A stretch of 47,937 nt of DNA from positions 1 through 47,937 of the forward strand of contig QPMI01000016.1 of the NCBI GenBank assembly GCA_004431415.1. Direction: 5' to 3'. Position 1 is the stretch's first letter; each line of letters begins with the position of its first letter. The notes beneath the pieces are model-generated. The model had not been told where the DNA came from. It did no database searches and saw only the letters and a list, made by a program, of their open reading frames with translations. Of the stretch, positions 42,601 through 47,937 are shown in pieces. The position numbers were made by a program, and so were the translations under genes. This DNA comes from Cyanophora paradoxa CCMP329. Its lineage: Eukaryota; Plantae; Glaucophyta.

Positions 42601-45600
42601 TCGCTGTGCTCCGCTTTAATTTCGGCTGGACTTGTATGGCATCTGTTCGGTGCGGCCCGATTAAACTAGGGGGAGCGATTGGCGAGAGACCGAAGCGCTT
42701 AGCACGAGCTAGTACGCATCTAAATGCATATCTGGTGCTCAGTCTCTCGCGGACGCGGTACAAAATTTTCCTAGATGTATGGTCATAGAAAGGCGACGAG
42801 GAAAAGGCCAGTTTCGCGGCGAGCTAGCCGAGCTAGCAGTGCGCCCGGCCGGCGACTTATTGCCCCAGCGTTCGAGTCCCGGGAAGGGCAGTTGGGGGGA
42901 GCGGGGGGCCTGGGCGGGCCTTGAGCTGCCTTGCGCTGTCGAGGGCGGAAGAGGGGGCCGGGGCGCAGCGACCGCCGAGGCCAACTTTCGCACAGCGAGG
43001 TTCTGGCGGGAGACCAAAAATGTTTTTCATCTCGGCTGATCTAAAATGCACTTCCTACCTGCCCGGTCTCGCGCCAGTCACTCGCTGTGCTCCGCTTTAA
43101 TTTCGGCTGGACTTGTATGGCATCTGTTCGGTGCGGCCCGATTAAACTAGGGGGAGCGATTGGCGAGAGACCGAAGCGCTTAGCACGAGCTAGTACGCAT
43201 CTAAATGCATATCTGGTGCTCAGTCTCTCGCGGACGCGGTACAAAATTTTCCTAGATGTATGGTCATAGAAAGGCGACGAGGAAAAGGCCAGTTTCGCGG
43301 CGAGCTAGCCGAGCTAGCAGTGCGCCCGGCCGGCGACTTATTGCCCCAGCGTTCGAGTCCCGGGAAGGGCAGTTGGGGGGAGCGGGGGGGCCTGGGCGGG
43401 CCTTGAGCTGCCTTGCGCTGTCGAGGGCGGAAGAGGGGGCCGGGGCGCAGCGACCGCCGAGGCCAACTTTCGCACAGCGAGGTTCTGGCGGGAGACCAAA
43501 AATGTTTTTCATCTCGGCTGATCTAAAATGCACTTCCTACCTGCCCGGTCTCGCGCCAGTCACTCGCTGTGCTCCGCTTTAATTTCGGCTGGACTTGTAT
43601 GGCATCTGTTCGGTGCGGCCCGATTAAACTAGGGGGAGCGATTGGCGAGAGACCGAAGCGCTTAGCACGAGCTAGTACGCATCTAAATGCATATCTGGTG
43701 CTCAGTCTCTCGCGGACGCGGTACAAAATTTTCCTAGATGTATGGTCATAGAAAGGCGACGAGGAAAAGGCCAGTTTCGCGGCGAGCTAGCCGAGCTAGC
43801 AGTGCGCCCGGCCGGCGACTTATTGCCCCAGCGTTCGAGTCCCGGGAAGGGCAGTTGGGGGAGCGGGGGGCCTGGGCGGGCCTTGAGCTGCCTTGCGCTG
43901 TCGAGGGCGGAAGAGGGGGCCGGGGCGCAGCGACCGCCGAGGCCAACTTTCGCACAGCGAGGTTCTGGCGGGAGACCAAAAATGTTTTTCATCTCGGCTG
44001 ATCTAAAATGCACTTCCTACCTGCCCGGTCTCGCGCCAGTCACTCGCTGTGCTCCGCTTTAATTTCGGCTGGACTTGTATGGCATCTGTTCGGTGCGGCC
44101 CGATTAAACTAGGGGGAGCGATTGGCGAGAGACCGAAGCGCTTAGCACGAGCTAGTACGCATCTAAATGCATATCTGGTGCTCAGTCTCTCGCGGACGCG
44201 GTACAAAATTTTCCTAGATGTATGGTCATAGAAAGGCGACGAGGAAAAGGCCAGTTTCGCGGCGAGCTAGCCGAGCTAGCAGTGCGCCCGGCCGGCGACT
44301 TATTGCCCCAGCGTTCGAGTCCCGGGAAGGGCAGTTGGGGGAGCGGGGGGCCTGGGCGGGCCTTGAGCTGCCTTGCGCTGTCGAGGGCGGAAGAGGGGGC
44401 CGGGGCGCAGCGACCGCCGAGGCCAACTTTCGCACAGCGAGGTTCTGGCGGGAGACCAAAAATGTTTTTCATCTCGGCTGATCTAAAATGCACTTCCTAC
44501 CTGCCCGGTCTCGCGCCAGTCACTCGCTGTGCTCCGCTTTAATTTCGGCTGGACTTGTATGGCATCTGTTCGGTGCGGCCCGATTAAACTAGGGGGAGCG
44601 ATTGGCGAGAGACCGAAGCGCTTAGCACGAGCTAGTACGCATCTAAATGCATATCTGGTGCTCAGTCTCTCGCGGACGCGGTACAAAATTTTCCTAGATG
44701 TATGGTCATAGAAAGGCGACGAGGAAAAGGCCAGTTTCGCGGCGAGCTAGCCGAGCTAGCAGTGCGCCCGGCCGGCGACTTATTGCCCCAGCGTTCGAGT
44801 CCCGGGAAGGGCAGTTGGGGGGAGCGGGGGGCCTGGGCGGGCCTTGAGCTGCCTTGCGCTGTCGAGGGCGGAAGAGGGGGCCGGGGCGCAGCGACCGCCG
44901 AGGCCAACTTTCGCACAGCGAGGTTCTGGCGGGAGACCAAAAATGTTTTTCATCTCGGCTGATCTAAAATGCACTTCCTACCTGCCCGGTCTCGCGCCAG
45001 TCACTCGCTGTGCTCCGCTTTAATTTCGGCTGGACTTGTATGGCATCTGTTCGGTGCGGCCCGATTAAACTAGGGGGAGCGATTGGCGAGAGACCGAAGC
45101 GCTTAGCACGAGCTAGTACGCATCTAAATGCATATCTGGTGCTCAGTCTCTCGCGGACGCGGTACAAAATTTTCCTAGATGTATGGTCATAGAAAGGCGA
45201 CGAGGAAAAGGCCAGTTTCGCGGCGAGCTAGCCGAGCTAGCAGTGCGCCCGGCCGGCGACTTATTGCCCCAGCGTTCGAGTCCCGGGAAGGGCAGTTGGG
45301 GGGAGCGGGGGGGCCTGGGCGGGCCTTGAGCTGCCTTGCGCTGTCGAGGGCGGAAGAGGGGGCCGGGGCGCAGCGACCGCCGAGGCCAACTTTCGCACAG
45401 CGAGGTTCTGGCGGGAGACCAAAAATGTTTTTCATCTCGGCTGATCTAAAATGCACTTCCTACCTGCCCGGTCTCGCGCCAGTCACTCGCTGTGCTCCGC
45501 TTTAATTTCGGCTGGACTTGTATGGCATCTGTTCGGTGCGGCCCGATTAAACTAGGGGGAGCGATTGGCGAGAGACCGAAGCGCTTAGCACGAGCTAGTA

Positions 45601-47937
45601 CGCATCTAAATGCATATCTGGTGCTCAGTCTCTCGCGGACGCGGTACAAAATTTTCCTAGATGTATGGTCATAGAAAGGCGACGAGGAAAAGGCCAGTTT
45701 CGCGGCGAGCTAGCCGAGCTAGCAGTGCGCCCGGCCGGCGACTTATTGCCCAGCGTTCGAGTCCCGGGAAGGGCAGTTGGGGGGAGCGGGGGGGCCTGGG
45801 CGGGCCTTGAGCTGCCTTGCGCTGTCGAGGGCGGAAGAGGGGGCCGGGGCGCAGCGACCGCCGAGGCCAACTTTCGCACAGCGAGGTTCTGGCGGGAGAC
45901 CAAAAATGTTTTTCATCTCGGCTGATCTAAAATGCACTTCCTACCTGCCCGGTCTCGCGCCAGTCACTCGCTGTGCTCCGCTTTAATTTCGGCTGGACTT
46001 GTATGGCATCTGTTCGGTGCGGCCCGATTAAACTAGGGGGAGCGATTGGCGAGAGACCGAAGCGCTTAGCACGAGCTAGTACGCATCTAAATGCATATCT
46101 GGTGCTCAGTCTCTCGCGGACGCGGTACAAAATTTTCCTAGATGTATGGTCATAGAAAGGCGACGAGGAAAAGGCCAGTTTCGCGGCGAGCTAGCCGAGC
46201 TAGCAGTGCGCCCGGCCGGCGACTTATTGCCCCAGCGTTCGAGTCCCGGGAAGGGCAGTTGGGGGGAGCGGGGGGCCTGGGCGGGCCTTGAGCTGCCTTG
46301 CGCTGTCGAGGGCGGAAGAGGGGCCGGGGCGCAGCGACCGCCGAGGCCAACTTTCGCACAGCGAGGTTCTGGCGGGAGACCAAAAATGTTTTTCATCTCG
46401 GCTGATCTAAAATGCACTTCCTACCTGCCCGGTCTCGCGCCAGTCACTCGCTGTGCTCCGCTTTAATTTCGGCTGGACTTGTATGGCATCTGTTCGGTGC
46501 GGCCCGATTAAACTAGGGGGAGCGATTGGCGAGAGACCGAAGCGCTTAGCACGAGCTAGTACGCATCTAAATGCATATCTGGTGCTCAGTCTCTCGCGGA
46601 CGCGGTACAAAATTTTCCTAGATGTATGGTCATAGAAAGGCGACGAGGAAAAGGCCAGTTTCGCGGCGAGCTAGCCGAGCTAGCAGTGCGCCCGGCCGGC
46701 GACTTATTGCCCCAGCGTTCGAGTCCCGGGAAGGGCAGTTGGGGGAGCGGGGGGGCCTGGGCGGGCCTTGAGCTGCCTTGCGCTGTCGAGGGCGGAAGAG
46801 GGGGCCGGGGCGCAGCGACCGCCGAGGCCAACTTTCGCACAGCGAGGTTCTGGCGGGAGACCAAAAATGTTTTTCATCTCGGCTGATCTAAAATGCACTT
46901 CCTACCTGCCCGGTCTCGCGCCAGTCACTCGCTGTGCTCCGCTTTAATTTCGGCTGGACTTGTATGGCATCTGTTCGGTGCGGCCCGATTAAACTAGGGG
47001 GAGCGATTGGCGAGAGACCGAAGCGCTTAGCACGAGCTAGTACGCATCTAAATGCATATCTGGTGCTCAGTCTCTCGCGGACGCGGTACAAAATTTTCCT
47101 AGATGTATGGTCATAGAAAGGCGACGAGGAAAAGGCCAGTTTCGCGGCGAGCTAGCCGAGCTAGCAGTGCGCCCGGCCGGCGACTTATTGCCCCAGCGTT
47201 CGAGTCCCGGGAAGGGCAGTTGGGGGGAGCGGGGGCCTGGGCGGGCCTTGAGCTGCCTTGCGCTGTCGAGGGCGGAAGAGGGGGCCGGGGCGCAGCGACC
47301 GCCGAGGCCAACTTTCGCACAGCGAGGTTCTGGCGGGAGACCAAAAATGTTTTTCATCTCGGCTGATCTAAAATGCACTTCCTACCTGCCCGGTCTCGCG
47401 CCAGTCACTCGCTGTGCTCCGCTTTAATTTCGGCTGGACTTGTATGGCATCTGTTCGGTGCGGCCCGATTAAACTAGGGGGAGCGATTGGCGAGAGACCG
47501 AAGCGCTTAGCACGAGCTAGTACGCATCTAAATGCATATCTGGTGCTCAGTCTCTCGCGGACGCGGTACAAAATTTTCCTAGATGTATGGTCATAGAAAG
47601 GCGACGAGGAAAAGGCCAGTTTCGCGGCGAGCTAGCCGAGCTAGCAGTGCGCCCGGCCGGCGACTTATTGCCCCAGCGTTCGAGTCCCGGGAAGGGCAGT
47701 TGGGGGGAGCGGGGGGGCCTGGGCGGGCCTTGAGCTGCCTTGCGCTGTCGAGGGCGGAAGAGGGGGCCGGGGCGCAGCGACCGCCGAGGCCAACTTTCGC
47801 ACAGCGAGGTTCTGGCGGGAGACCAAAAATGTTTTTCATCTCGGCTGATCTAAAATGCACTTCCTACCTGCCCGGTCTCGCGCCAGTCACTCGCTGTGCT
47901 CCGCTTTAATTTCGGCTGGACTTGTATGGCATCTGTT
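30630..47937. repeat. Block 2 of the ~481-bp tandem array: 36 head-to-tail units running off the window end
   Basis: First unit at 30630 and last junction at 47932 (17302 bp / ~481 = 36). Units are near-identical apart from homopolymer lengths and three substitutions. Confidence 0.98.

Noticed and set aside
28308-47909. Recurrent 60-108-aa ORFs in the array
   Set aside because: Many begin at non-ATG starts, the frames change with homopolymer length, and none shows domain features.
28211-47937. CRISPR array or 5S rRNA/U1 snRNA array
   Set aside because: There are no variable spacers. Only tiny matches exist (GCCATAC; CCTACCTG vs U1 ACTTACCTG), without the 5S internal control region or the U1 protein-binding loops.
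30630-47937. Unit-to-unit length differences as higher-order repeat structure
   Set aside because: Nearly all are +/-1 changes in G/C/A homopolymers without periodicity, typical of long-read consensus error.

Overview
GC-rich eukaryotic nuclear DNA, probably from an alga. The short (~50-65 bp) introns, a plastid transit peptide starting MAF and a fungal-type microbial rhodopsin fit a glaucophyte such as Cyanophora, but this is inference. The ORF track is mostly spurious because the genes are spliced. 1-17 kb is a dense gene block: a coiled-coil gene, a REC8-type kleisin, a second coiled-coil gene, a LysM+UBA-like gene, a type-1 rhodopsin with an E-T-S helix C motif, a plastid-targeted metallo-beta-lactamase-fold gene, and a large MLKL-like four-helix-bundle + TKL kinase + beta-helix gene. 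Many of these genes use GC-AG introns, and the kinase gene seems to need a 2-nt microexon. 17-28 kb is repeat-rich. It holds a hAT MITE containing a young non-autonomous LTR element, a degraded tandem KilA-N/APSES-like gene behind four ACGCGT boxes, and two convergent coiled-coil + 2TM genes built by tandem duplication of heptad-sized exon+intron units. From 28.2 kb to the end is a head-to-tail array of 38 copies of a ~481-bp unit (2 + 36 copies, split by a 1.46-kb spacer). All three array boundaries fall at the same TCTG register, and each unit carries two homologous inverted-motif modules with identical 50-bp spacing. The unit looks like a discrete, tandem-amplifying mobile element rather than an ordinary satellite.
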